From: Chitinophagaceae bacterium
GTDB lineage: Bacteria > Bacteroidota > Bacteroidia > Chitinophagales > Chitinophagaceae
DNA length: 64,000 nucleotides
Assembly (NCBI GenBank): GCA_947375185.1
Contig: CANCEU010000001.1
Coordinates: 22,279 to 86,278, forward strand
Direction: 5' to 3'
Position 1 is the stretch's first letter; each line of letters starts with the position of its first letter. The notes beneath the pieces were generated by a model that made no database searches, was not told the DNA's origin, and worked only from the letters and a program-made list of their open reading frames with translations. Below are positions 18,832 to 28,489 of the stretch, piece after piece. A program made the position numbers and the translations under genes.

Positions 18832-20253
18832 CTATTTTATTACAGGAAATAAGCCTAGTTTGGCTGCTTCTTTCAACATATAATCATATGCTGCATCATG
18901 ATCATTCGAAATTACACCATCCAAAATTGCTTCCCTGATGGCATCTTTTACTATACCCACTTGCTTTGACGGGGTAATATTAAAAATTTGCATGATCATT
19001 TCACCAGTAATGGGAGGTTGCCAATTACGAATACTATCCTTTTCCTCCACTTCCTGCAAACGTACTTTTACAAATTCAAAACCTTGTAAATATCTTTTTA
19101 CTTTATTTTGATTCTTACTTGTTATATCTGCAGCACACAACAACATTAAAAATTCAACATCATCTCCTGCATCAAATAGTAATCTTCGAATTGCACTATC
19201 TGTTACATTTTCCTTTGTTAAAGAAATAGGACGAAGATGCAAGCCAACCAATTTTTGCACCATCTTCATTTTTTCATTCAAAGGCAATTTTAGTTGGGTA
19301 AAAATTTTGGGTACCATCCTAGCACCAACTACTTCATGTCCATGAAAAGTCCAACCAAATCCGGGCTCAAATCTTTTTGTTTTTGGCTTTGCAATGTCAT
19401 GCAATAAAGCTGCCCATCTTAACCAAATATCATTGGATGTGTTGGCAACATTATCTAATACTTGTAGCGTATGCGAAAAATTATCTTTGTGCCCAATACC
19501 ATCTAACGTTTCAGCACCTTCCAATTGTAATAGTAAAGGAAAAATATGTTGCAACAACCCCGCTTCTTTTAATAAATACCAACCTTTTGAAGGCTGCTTT
19601 GTCATCATTATTTTTTGAAGTTCATCAGTAATACGTTCTTGTGAAACAATTTTTATTCGATCTGCAATTTGTTGAATGCCTTTAAATGTTTGCTCGGTGA
19701 TAGTGAAGTCCAACTGGGTCGCAAATCGTATAGCACGCATCATACGTAAAGGATCATCATCAAAAGTTTGTGCTGGCGCAAGAGGCGTCTTTAATATTTT
19801 ATTTTTTAAATCTTCCAACCCTCCAAACGGGTCAATTATATTTCCAAAATGAGTTACACTTAGTTCAATTGCCAATGCGTTAACAGTAAAATCTCTTCTA
19901 TTTTGATCATCTTCAATGGTTCCTGGACTCACTTCGGGCTTACGACTATGTCGAACGTAACTTTCTTTTCTTGCTCCAACAAATTCAATTTCTATATCAT
20001 TAAATTTCACCTGCGCTGTTCCGAAAGTTTTGAATAAAGCTACTGGTGGTGTAGGATGAAATAACTTAGAAAATGCTTGTGCCAATGCCATGCCATCGCC
20101 TATGCAAACTACATCAATATCTTTTGTTGGTCGTTGCAATATCTTATCGCGTACAAAGCCGCCTACAGCAAAAGCTGGCACCCCTATTTTAGCTGCGGCT
20201 TCAGCCACTGCCTTTAATAGTTCCGTTTCTCTAGGTGTAAGTTCTAACTGCAT
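18832..20253 (-). CDS. cca: CCA tRNA nucleotidyltransferase / poly(A) polymerase family with HD domain
   Basis: VGGFVRD, KDIDVV, RRDFTVNA, DDPLRMMRAIRF, ALLHDIAKP. Confidence 0.9.
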   Translation of the reverse strand: MQLELTPRETELLKAVAEAAAKIGVPAFAVGGFVRDKILQRPTKDIDVVCIGDGMALAQAFSKLFHPTPPVALFKTFGTAQVKFNDIEIEFVGARKESYVRHSRKPEVSPGTIEDDQNRRDFTVNALAIELSVTHFGNIIDPFGGLEDLKNKILKTPLAPAQTFDDDPLRMMRAIRFATQLDFTITEQTFKGIQQIADRIKIVSQERITDELQKIMMTKQPSKGWYLLKEAGLLQHIFPLLLQLEGAETLDGIGHKDNFSHTLQVLDNVANTSNDIWLRWAALLHDIAKPKTKRFEPGFGWTFHGHEVVGARMVPKIFTQLKLPLNEKMKMVQKLVGLHLRPISLTKENVTDSAIRRLLFDAGDDVEFLMLLCAADITSKNQNKVKRYLQGFEFVKVRLQEVEEKDSIRNWQPPITGEMIMQIFNITPSKQVGIVKDAIREAILDGVISNDHDAAYDYMLKEAAKLGLFPVIK

Positions 20254-20265
20254 GGCGCAAATGTA

Positions 20266-21288
20266 CTAATGTTGCTTCACTTGTACCAATGGTGCATACA
20301 ATTGTTGCATTTGTATCGTAAAAGCACAATTAAAATGGCTTAAAGGGCAAGCTTTTTTACCATGAATTCCACATGGTTTACAAGCTAATTTTTCCTGGGT
20401 TTGCACTATAAAAGAATTATCCGAAAGTGGCCCATAACCAAAATCTGGGATTGTTGAACAATAGATAGCCACTACAGGCGCATTAACTGCCGAAGCAAAA
20501 TGCATAGGAGCTGAATCGTTTACATAATTCAAAACAGCCCCTTTTTGAAGTGCAGCCGAACTTAAAAAATGAAATTGCCCAGCAACGTTGATCACTTTAT
20601 TAATCATTATTGCATTGGAATCAACTCCAGCAATTATTTCATCTCCTACAATTTTATCATTTGGACCTCCAATTATAAAAACCTTCCCATCAAATTGTAA
20701 TTGATTTAAAAAAACAATCCATTGTTGCATTGGGAATTGCTTGGTAAACCAAACCGAAGCAGGAGCGATACATATATAAGGTTCAGCTTGAAATGGTTTT
20801 ACTTTTTCAAAATCCGAAGCCGATGGATAAAGCATTGGCTTTACCAATTGAATACTTGGTGCTAAAGCTACAACCAACGCATGATTTTTTTGAATCTCAT
20901 GCAAGTCATGCTGCATGGCTTGATGCTTTACTTTATGTGTAAACAAAAAAGAAAATGGATTTTTATCAAACCCAATTTTCATCTTTGCACCAGAAAATAC
21001 AGTCCATAATCCAGTAGCAGCATATCTTTGAACATTTATTAACGCATCATATTTTTGCGCGCGTATTTGTTTCAATACCTGAAACCAATTTATATATTTT
21101 CGATTTTGTTTATCCCAAACTATAACTTGATTTACAAAAGGATGTTGGGTAAATAGTGCTTCATTTCCTTTTCGAACAACAATATCTATTTGAGCATTAG
21201 GATATTTTGCATGCAATGATTCCAATACCGAAGTACTTAATACCACATCACCAATAAAAGCAGTTTGAATGACACAAATTTTTTGCAT
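20266..21288 (-). CDS. Glycosyltransferase family 9 (heptosyltransferase-like)
   Basis: IQTAFIGDVVL, APASVWFTKQFP, NDSAPMHFASAV. Confidence 0.88.
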   Translation of the reverse strand: MQKICVIQTAFIGDVVLSTSVLESLHAKYPNAQIDIVVRKGNEALFTQHPFVNQVIVWDKQNRKYINWFQVLKQIRAQKYDALINVQRYAATGLWTVFSGAKMKIGFDKNPFSFLFTHKVKHQAMQHDLHEIQKNHALVVALAPSIQLVKPMLYPSASDFEKVKPFQAEPYICIAPASVWFTKQFPMQQWIVFLNQLQFDGKVFIIGGPNDKIVGDEIIAGVDSNAIMINKVINVAGQFHFLSSAALQKGAVLNYVNDSAPMHFASAVNAPVVAIYCSTIPDFGYGPLSDNSFIVQTQEKLACKPCGIHGKKACPLSHFNCAFTIQMQQLYAPLVQVKQH

Positions 21289-21321
21289 GCAGAAATTTTA
21301 GTTTTAGGAATTCATATAAAA

Positions 21322-21894
21322 TTAGTGTCGAATAATAATTAGTTCACCTGTGGCATCCCATTTTACAATGGCAGAGGGTTGTTGCATTTCCATCTCATCT
21401 TGCCTATGTTTTGTAACATAATTCACTCCTTCCATAATTTCCAATGAAATATCACTAAAACAAAGTGGAGTTGGATAAGTTGACACATTCGCCGAAGTGC
21501 TTACAATAGGTTTACCAAATTGCTTAATTAATTCTTGACAAAATTTATCCTTACAAATACGAACTGCAATTGATCCGTCCTCGGCCAACAAATTATTGGC
21601 TAGGTTTTTTGCATGCGGATATATCACAGTAGTTGGTTTATGTATCCCTTTTATATAATCAAATATTTGCAAGCCATCCACTTGGACATAGTTCAAAATT
21701 GCGTTTTCATTTTCCACCAACACAATCATTGCCTTGGTATCGGAGCGTTTTTTTAGCTCAAAAATTCGATTAACCGCTTTTTCATTTGTTGCATCGCAGC
21801 CTATGCCCCAAACCGTATCGGTTGGATATAAAATAAGCCCTCCTTCCTGAAGGACTTTAATACAAGCCTGTATATCATCATTATAAGGAAACAT
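21322..21894 (-). CDS. L-threonylcarbamoyladenylate synthase (Sua5/YrdC/TsaC)
   Basis: ILYPTDTVWGIGCD, PIVSTSAN; start moved to MFPYND. Confidence 0.92.
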   Translation of the reverse strand: MFPYNDDIQACIKVLQEGGLILYPTDTVWGIGCDATNEKAVNRIFELKKRSDTKAMIVLVENENAILNYVQVDGLQIFDYIKGIHKPTTVIYPHAKNLANNLLAEDGSIAVRICKDKFCQELIKQFGKPIVSTSANVSTYPTPLCFSDISLEIMEGVNYVTKHRQDEMEMQQPSAIVKWDATGELIIIRH

Positions 21895-21997
21895 GCTGCA
21901 AATTAAACAATACCTACAATAAATTGGGGTGTTTATTGTGCAAAAGAATTGAGAAAAAAATAACACCTGAGCCGTATTTTTGCCAAAATTGAAAACA

Positions 21998-22810
21998 ATG
22001 GACTTAAAATCAAAAATTGAAGCAGCATGGAACGACCGTGCTTTATTAAAAGACGAAACCTATAGCAATGCAATTCGTGAAGTAATTGAAGAAGTGGATA
22101 AAGGAAGATTAAGAGTAGCAGCGCCTGTTGACAATGATTGGATTGTGAACGAATGGGTAAAGCAAGCTATTTTAATGTATTTTGGTATTCAACAAATGCA
22201 AACCTGGGAATTAGCCCCATTTGAGTTTCATGATAAAATGTTATTGAAATCGGGTTATGCTGAGCTAGGGGTACGTGCCGTGCCGCATGCAGTTGCAAGA
22301 TATGGTGCTTATTTAGCCAAGAACGTTGTATTGATGCCTAGCTATGTTAATATTGGCGCTTTTGTTGATGAAGGAACAATGGTGGATACTTGGGCAACCG
22401 TAGGTAGTTGCGCGCAAATTGGAAAAAATGTACACTTAAGTGGTGGTGTTGGAATTGGAGGCGTATTAGAACCATTACAAGCTAGCCCTGTGATTGTTGA
22501 AGATGGGTGCTTTATTGGAAGCAGATGTATTGTTGTAGAAGGTGTTCATTTGGAAAAAGAAGTGGTTTTAGGTGCCAATGTTGTATTAACAAAAAGCACA
22601 AAAATTATTGATGTAAGTGGTAGCGAACCCATTGAGTATAAAGGACGTGTGCCTGCCAGAAGTGTTGTGATACCTGGCTCTTATCGCAAAACTTTCCCTG
22701 CAGGTGATTATCAAGTAAGTTGTGCTTTAATTATTGGACAAAGAAAACCAAGTACTGATTTAAAGACCAGCTTAAATGATGCATTGAGGGATTTTAATGT
22801 TGCAGTATAA
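21998..22810 (+). CDS. dapD: 2,3,4,5-tetrahydropyridine-2,6-dicarboxylate N-succinyltransferase
   Basis: LMPSYVNIGAFVDEGTMVDTWATVGSCAQIGKNVHLSGGVGIGGVLEP. Confidence 0.96.
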   Translation: MDLKSKIEAAWNDRALLKDETYSNAIREVIEEVDKGRLRVAAPVDNDWIVNEWVKQAILMYFGIQQMQTWELAPFEFHDKMLLKSGYAELGVRAVPHAVARYGAYLAKNVVLMPSYVNIGAFVDEGTMVDTWATVGSCAQIGKNVHLSGGVGIGGVLEPLQASPVIVEDGCFIGSRCIVVEGVHLEKEVVLGANVVLTKSTKIIDVSGSEPIEYKGRVPARSVVIPGSYRKTFPAGDYQVSCALIIGQRKPSTDLKTSLNDALRDFNVAV

Positions 22811-23772
22811 AACAGAATAAATTATATAATCAAGGTTTTATAATAGCTATTTTAGGGACCATTTTATTCTCCACAAAAGCTATTTGGATAAAACTTTGTT
22901 TTAAAGAAAGTGCTATTAACGCTACAACATTGTTGATGTTGAGGATGTTAATAGCATTTCCTTTTTACCTGTTTGTTCTACTTTTAAATAGAACAAAATT
23001 AAAAGGCCCTATAACAAAATCACACTATTTATGGGCTATTGCGATGGGACTACTTGGATATTATTTAAGTAGCTTGTTTGATTTCATTGGCTTGCAATAT
23101 GTATCAGCAGGTATTGAAAGAATTATATTGTTTATTTATCCAACTTTAGCAGTTGTAATTAACAGAATCATCTTTAAAGTTGAAATCACAAAAAGGCAAT
23201 GGCATTCCATTTTGATAACTTATTTAGGTATCGGAATTGCCTATTGGGGGGAATTAAAATTAATGCCCAATACAAACCTTTTTCTTTTTGGATCCTCAAT
23301 GGTCTTATTATGTGGAATTACTTATGCCTTTTATTTGGTAGGCACTGGGAAGCTAGTGCCAAAAATGGGTGCAAGTGTTTATACTAGTATCGCCATGCTT
23401 GCTGCAAGTGTGGGTATATTTTCACATTATATTATTGTAACTCAATTGGCAACAATTCAAACACCATTAATTTACCTAATTCCAGATGCCATTAAATGGT
23501 ATGTCTTAGCACTTGCATTGATCGCTACCGTCATTCCCTCCTTCTTACTTAGTATTGGAATGAAAAGGGTTGGAAGTAATAATTTAGCCATCATTACTAG
23601 CATTGGGCCAGTGGCAACTTTATTTCAAGCAAATTGGATATTGGGAGAATCTTTTACATGGCAACAATTGGTAGGTACAAGCCTTGTCATTTTAGGTGTC
23701 CTCCTTATAAAAAAAGTTGGGGTGACCAGAACTAATCCCGATCACCCCGATTATCCTTCCCCCAAAGGATAA
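22807..23772 (+). CDS. EamA/DMT family transporter (true start uncertain; no in-frame ATG/GTG/TTG before 22930)
   Basis: Two EamA repeats (AGIERIILFIYP, IGPVATL); the frame stays open upstream of 22930 and encodes GFIIAILGTILFSTKAIWIKL, the expected first TM helix. Confidence 0.75.
   Translation: MKQNKLYNQGFIIAILGTILFSTKAIWIKLCFKESAINATTLLMLRMLIAFPFYLFVLLLNRTKLKGPITKSHYLWAIAMGLLGYYLSSLFDFIGLQYVSAGIERIILFIYPTLAVVINRIIFKVEITKRQWHSILITYLGIGIAYWGELKLMPNTNLFLFGSSMVLLCGITYAFYLVGTGKLVPKMGASVYTSIAMLAASVGIFSHYIIVTQLATIQTPLIYLIPDAIKWYVLALALIATVIPSFLLSIGMKRVGSNNLAIITSIGPVATLFQANWILGESFTWQQLVGTSLVILGVLLIKKVGVTRTNPDHPDYPSPKG
23709..23772 (-). terminator. Orphan minus-strand intrinsic terminator preceded by a second hairpin
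   Basis: 13-bp stem (3 G-U pairs possible only on the minus strand), TTAG loop, AAC plus U7; upstream TTATCCTT/AAGGATAA 8-bp stem. Confidence 0.65.
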
Positions 23773-24005
23773 TTATTTTTATATATATTATATTTCTTTA
23801 ATTCATTTTTATCACTTACGCTAACAACATCACAAATTTGCTATAAAGAGTATACTATTTTCTATATTACATAAAGAAAGGAGTGAAAAAATAATATAAG
23901 GAGTTATATATTAATAATCAAAATCTTACATATTAATATATTATATTATTTTAAGTAAAACAAATAAGTAAATTTCTTATTGTATTTTTTCTATACTTTT
24001 GATAT

Positions 24006-25472
24006 ATGTTAGAATTAATAAAAAGATTCTTTTATCTAATAGTACTTATCCTTTTGTCATCTGCGATAAATGCACAAAAGGATAATAACCTATTAAAAAA
24101 ACATGAAATACAATTATTGTCATTGTTATTGTCGGATACAGTAAACAATACAAACATTACATTAAACAATACTTTTAGCTTTGGTTTAGAAAATGAACTT
24201 TTTACCAATTCTAATATCATTAAGAAAGGCAAGGATGTTTATATTCAACCTTTAGGAACAGGAAGATTGTATAAAGCCCGATTAAACAAAGGAAATGTCA
24301 CCATTGAAAGAATTGATCATACCATCCATTCTGGAGTTAATTTTTACGCACAAAATTTCTTTGTAAAGGATACCCTATTTCAAGTAGGCGGCCTTGGATT
24401 TTGGCAAATTAGAGGAATCATTAACTATTATAGCACTAAAACAAATCAATGGGAATTGATTCAGGCGAACAGAGCAGTGCAAACCTATTTTGACGACCAA
24501 AAAGACGCGGTTATTCACTTTGATGACCAAAGGACAGACCCGAAACTTTTTGTTAGCAATTCCTATTATTACCCTAATTATCCAAGCTCATTTGAATCTT
24601 CAGCAACCGATAGTTGTTACACTTTCGATTTTAATTCAAGAACCTGGTCCACATTGGGAAAATTAACTCCAGATTATAAAAGAATTTTCGAATTGAAACA
24701 TTCTCACGAAATGGACTTGCACTTTAAAAATTTATACATTTTTCAGAGTCAACTTGATTTTTATTGGGTTGATTTTGAAAAGAATAAAATTGGGTTATTT
24801 AATAGTAATGAAAATAATAGACTTCGAGAATTATGGCTAAGCAATTATAATGATGATAAAAGGGGTATTCAAACTGGTTTTCAATTTAACTTAGGAAATG
24901 ACATCTATTTTATAAAATTAAATAAAGACAATAGTTTACACTGGATTAAAGCCAAACTTGATTTAAAAGAATTAAATACCAAAACCACCTTCCAAATATA
25001 TAATAATAGTACCTCCATATTGGAAACAATTAGGCACATTTACAATGACCACAAATCAAATATTATCCTATTACTATTATTTCTATTTATAGTAATCATT
25101 ATCAGATCCAATATTTTTAAAAGAAAAAGAATCCCCAAAGAAGTGGTCACCATATTATATGATAACTTTTTTAATTCTCTATCTATCATTGAAAAAGAAT
25201 TAATAGAAGCACTGTATCAAAGTAATCTCAAAAATGAGGAACTTTCTACAAAATCGATCAATAAAATAATTGGGGTACAACAAAAAGACACATTAACACA
25301 AAACAAAAGCAGAAGTGATCATTTTATAAAAATTAATCAAAAATTTAAAATGTCTACCCAAAATACAGGCTCTTTATTTATAAAAAATAGAGATAGTGGA
25401 GATAAGCGTCAATACAATTATTCACTTAACCCTGCTTACCTACTAGAAATTGAAAAATTATTAAAGGATTAG
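24006..25472 (+). CDS. Hypothetical membrane-spanning protein: signal peptide, Kelch-like periplasmic domain, TM helix, cytoplasmic putative winged-HTH
   Basis: N-terminal signal; GGLGFW and YTFDFNSRTWSTLGKL blade-like motifs; TM IILLLLFLFIVIII; C-terminal EKELIEAL...INKII...RSDHFIKIN...RDSGDKRQYNY. Confidence 0.6.
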   Translation: MLELIKRFFYLIVLILLSSAINAQKDNNLLKKHEIQLLSLLLSDTVNNTNITLNNTFSFGLENELFTNSNIIKKGKDVYIQPLGTGRLYKARLNKGNVTIERIDHTIHSGVNFYAQNFFVKDTLFQVGGLGFWQIRGIINYYSTKTNQWELIQANRAVQTYFDDQKDAVIHFDDQRTDPKLFVSNSYYYPNYPSSFESSATDSCYTFDFNSRTWSTLGKLTPDYKRIFELKHSHEMDLHFKNLYIFQSQLDFYWVDFEKNKIGLFNSNENNRLRELWLSNYNDDKRGIQTGFQFNLGNDIYFIKLNKDNSLHWIKAKLDLKELNTKTTFQIYNNSTSILETIRHIYNDHKSNIILLLLFLFIVIIIRSNIFKRKRIPKEVVTILYDNFFNSLSIIEKELIEALYQSNLKNEELSTKSINKIIGVQQKDTLTQNKSRSDHFIKINQKFKMSTQNTGSLFIKNRDSGDKRQYNYSLNPAYLLEIEKLLKD

Positions 25473-25489
25473 CTTTATACCTACTTAGT

Positions 25490-26485
25490 TTAAATAACCA
25501 ATAAGCTACAACCTCTTCGATCACTATGATCGGCCCGTCCGAGCACTTTAAAAGTGCCATCTTCAAATACTTCGCCCATATCTTCGGTAGCAATAAAGGA
25601 ACAACTATAAATATTAGCTAGGTCAATGATGTGAAGTATTCCTCTACCAACTAGTTTTAATGCTGTTGGGTCCTCCTGCTCTCCTACTAACACTTTCATC
25701 CAGGGAGGGCATTTAAATAATCCATCCCCTAATGAATAAGCTTGACTTAACAGCTCGGTCATGCCATATTCAGAATGTATTGATTTGACTCCTAAGTTAT
25801 TGGATAATAAGGCATGTAGCTCCTCTTTTGTCAATTCCTCTTTCCTCCCTTTCATTCCCCCTGTTTCAATAACAGTAGTATACATTAATTGTTGATTGTA
25901 GGCATTTGAAAAATCAATAAGTGCAAAGCTGACACCTATAAACCAAGTCTTAATTTTTTGAGATTCCAGTTTTTTTAAAAGTATATCTAAGCGCGCAAAA
26001 TCATTTAAATAAAATCCGCTTTCTGAATGTTCTGAAACTTCAATCAATTTATTCACCATATAAACCAATGATGAGTATTGACGCTCCAAATAAGAAGGCA
26101 ATAAACCAATGATGCAATAATCCTTGGGGCTACCATAAAAAAGTTCAAAGCATTTTAAAAAACTAGTCTCGTAAATATCCGTGTCTACTACCCAATGTTT
26201 GCTCACTACGTCCTGTGTAGTACCACTACTTTCAAATAAGGTGGCAGGCTTTTCACCTATATATACATCCTGATTTTTAAAAAAAGAAATAGGCAAAAAG
26301 GGGATTGCATTAATAGTGTCGGCACTATCGACAAGCTGATTAGATAATGAAATCCATTGTTTATAAACAGGATTGTTTTGGGATTGATAAAAGGCCACTT
26401 TTTTTGCAATTGGCAAAAAATTGGCATCCGTTAAGCTCCAAAGTTCATCGATATTAAAAGGGGTCTGTAAATCCTTCATATTCAT
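25490..26485 (-). CDS. LuxE-like acyl-protein synthetase / acyl transferase
   Basis: PFLPISFFK, FESSGTT, IETGGMKGR, SEYGMTELLSQAY, FIATEDMG, GRADHSDRRGCS. Confidence 0.82.
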   Translation of the reverse strand: MNMKDLQTPFNIDELWSLTDANFLPIAKKVAFYQSQNNPVYKQWISLSNQLVDSADTINAIPFLPISFFKNQDVYIGEKPATLFESSGTTQDVVSKHWVVDTDIYETSFLKCFELFYGSPKDYCIIGLLPSYLERQYSSLVYMVNKLIEVSEHSESGFYLNDFARLDILLKKLESQKIKTWFIGVSFALIDFSNAYNQQLMYTTVIETGGMKGRKEELTKEELHALLSNNLGVKSIHSEYGMTELLSQAYSLGDGLFKCPPWMKVLVGEQEDPTALKLVGRGILHIIDLANIYSCSFIATEDMGEVFEDGTFKVLGRADHSDRRGCSLLVI

Positions 26486-26576
26486 ATTTGCAAAAGTATC
26501 AATATTCTCCTAAAACCACCCTAAAATATAATTCCAATATGTAGTATCTTGCACTCATAAATCTCAAACCCATTTT

Positions 26577-27704
26577 ATGGCAAAAGCAAACAGCAAAACT
26601 AGTAAAACAAGTGCAAAAAAGGAATTGATACAAGCAGATGCATACCAATTTTTAAAGGAATATATCAACAACCCTTCGCCTGTTGGATTTGAGTCAAGTG
26701 GACAAAAAATTTGGTTAAACTATATTTCAAAATATGTTGACACTACCTTTACCGATCCTTACGGGACAGCAGTTGGGGTAATTAATCCAGATGCTGCATT
26801 TAAAGTAGTCATTGAAGCACATGCTGATGAAATTAGTTGGTTTGTTAATTACATAAATGATCAGGGATTAATATATTTAAAAAGAAATGGCGGTGTAGAC
26901 CACCAAATTGCGCCAAGTATGCGCGTTTGGATACATGGTAAAAAAGGGCCAGTAAAAGCAGTATTTGGATGGCCTGCAATTCACACACGTTATAGTAGTG
27001 CGGACCAAAAAGAACCACAACCTAAAGTAGAAAATTTAACATTGGATTGTGGTGCAAGAACTAAAAAGGAAGCAGAAGCTTTAGGCATACATGTTGGCGC
27101 GGTAGTTACTTACCAAGAAGGATTTGACGAATTAGCAAATGACTTTATCATTGGTCGTGCTTTTGATAACCGTGTTGGTGGTTTTATGATTGCAGAAGTT
27201 GCAAGACAACTTAAAGAAAATAAAAAGAAATTGCCATTTGGTTTATATATTGTAAATGCTGTTCAAGAAGAAATTGGATTAAGAGGCGCTGAAATGATTG
27301 CACGCAGAATTAAACCAAATATTGCAATTGTTACTGATGTCACTCATGACACACATACACCAATGATTAATAAAGCGATTGAAGGGGATATCCAATGTGG
27401 TAAAGGACCTTCATTAGCCTATGCGCCAGCCATTCACAATAAATTATTAGCGATTGTTGAAGAAACTGCAAAAAATAAAAAAATTCCTGTACAATTTAGA
27501 GCGTTGAGTAGAAGCACTGGTACAGATACAGACAGTTTTGCTTATGCGAATGATGGTTGCCCATCTGTTTTAATTTCAATCCCATTAAGATATATGCATA
27601 CTACGGTGGAAATGATTCATAAAAAAGACATTGTTGATACAATTGAATTGATGTATGAAACTTTGCTTACTTTAAGTCCGAAAACAAATTTAAGCTACCT
27701 ATAA
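26577..27704 (+). CDS. M42 family metallo-aminopeptidase
   Basis: IEAHADEI, AFDNRVG, VQEEIGLRGA, VTDVTHD, TGTDTD, LRYMHT. Confidence 0.92.
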   Translation: MAKANSKTSKTSAKKELIQADAYQFLKEYINNPSPVGFESSGQKIWLNYISKYVDTTFTDPYGTAVGVINPDAAFKVVIEAHADEISWFVNYINDQGLIYLKRNGGVDHQIAPSMRVWIHGKKGPVKAVFGWPAIHTRYSSADQKEPQPKVENLTLDCGARTKKEAEALGIHVGAVVTYQEGFDELANDFIIGRAFDNRVGGFMIAEVARQLKENKKKLPFGLYIVNAVQEEIGLRGAEMIARRIKPNIAIVTDVTHDTHTPMINKAIEGDIQCGKGPSLAYAPAIHNKLLAIVEETAKNKKIPVQFRALSRSTGTDTDSFAYANDGCPSVLISIPLRYMHTTVEMIHKKDIVDTIELMYETLLTLSPKTNLSYL

Positions 27705-28489
27705 TGGGCGCTACACCCATAAGAATTGCTATACTTGATATGTATGATGGTGTGTCTAATTTAGGCATGCGTTGCATACATAATATTTTAAATGATTGGA
27801 GTATATCTAGGAATAATGCAATAACAGTTACTGTATTTAACACAAGAGGAAATGGAGAAATTCCAAATCAGGATTTCGATATTTATATTTCAAGTGGTGG
27901 TCCAGGTTCTCCATTAGATTCAGTTTCTGAAAAATGGGATATTGATTTTACCGTTTGGCTAGAGAAAATGTATACGTTCGAGAAGCCTGTATTTTTAATA
28001 TGCCATAGTTTTCAATTGGCTTGCCGACATTTTGATTTAGGAACGGTTTGCTTAAGAAAGTCAAAGCAAATTGGAATTTTACCTGTTCATACCTTAATTG
28101 AAGACGACCTATTCAATGAATTACAAGAAACTTTTTATGCCCTAGAGAGCAGATCATACCAAATCATTGCTCCCAATGATGAAAAAATTAAAAAGATGGG
28201 GGCTCAAATATTAGCGTTAGAAAAAATGAGGCCAAAGGTTCCATTGGAAAGAGCCATCATGGCTATTAAATTTTCGAAAAACATGTACGGGGTTCAATTT
28301 CATCCTGAAGCTGACTTAGCAGAATTAAGAATCTATTTTAATGAACCGTCCACAAAAGAAACGGTTGTTAATGAATTTAGTATTGAGAAATGGGAAAGAA
28401 TCATGGATCATCTTGACGAAAATTCTCCAATTATTAATACGCATAAGCATTTAATACCTAACTTTTTAGATAAAGCAATTGCAGGATGA
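27704..28489 (+). CDS. Class I glutamine amidotransferase (GMP-synthase-like)
   Basis: SSGGPGSP, ICHSFQ nucleophile Cys, QFHPE His-Glu. Confidence 0.88.
   Translation: MGATPIRIAILDMYDGVSNLGMRCIHNILNDWSISRNNAITVTVFNTRGNGEIPNQDFDIYISSGGPGSPLDSVSEKWDIDFTVWLEKMYTFEKPVFLICHSFQLACRHFDLGTVCLRKSKQIGILPVHTLIEDDLFNELQETFYALESRSYQIIAPNDEKIKKMGAQILALEKMRPKVPLERAIMAIKFSKNMYGVQFHPEADLAELRIYFNEPSTKETVVNEFSIEKWERIMDHLDENSPIINTHKHLIPNFLDKAIAG

Noticed and set aside
20266-21288. LPS/glycosylation island
   Set aside because: A single GT9 gene among housekeeping genes, with no accompanying sugar-biosynthesis cluster
23751-23840. Small minus-strand peptide ending ...NNYPLGEG* just before the orphan terminator
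   Set aside because: The frame is bounded by an upstream TAG and has no ATG/GTG start; at most a gene remnant
25490-26485. Bioluminescence locus
   Set aside because: No luxA/B/C/D in the window
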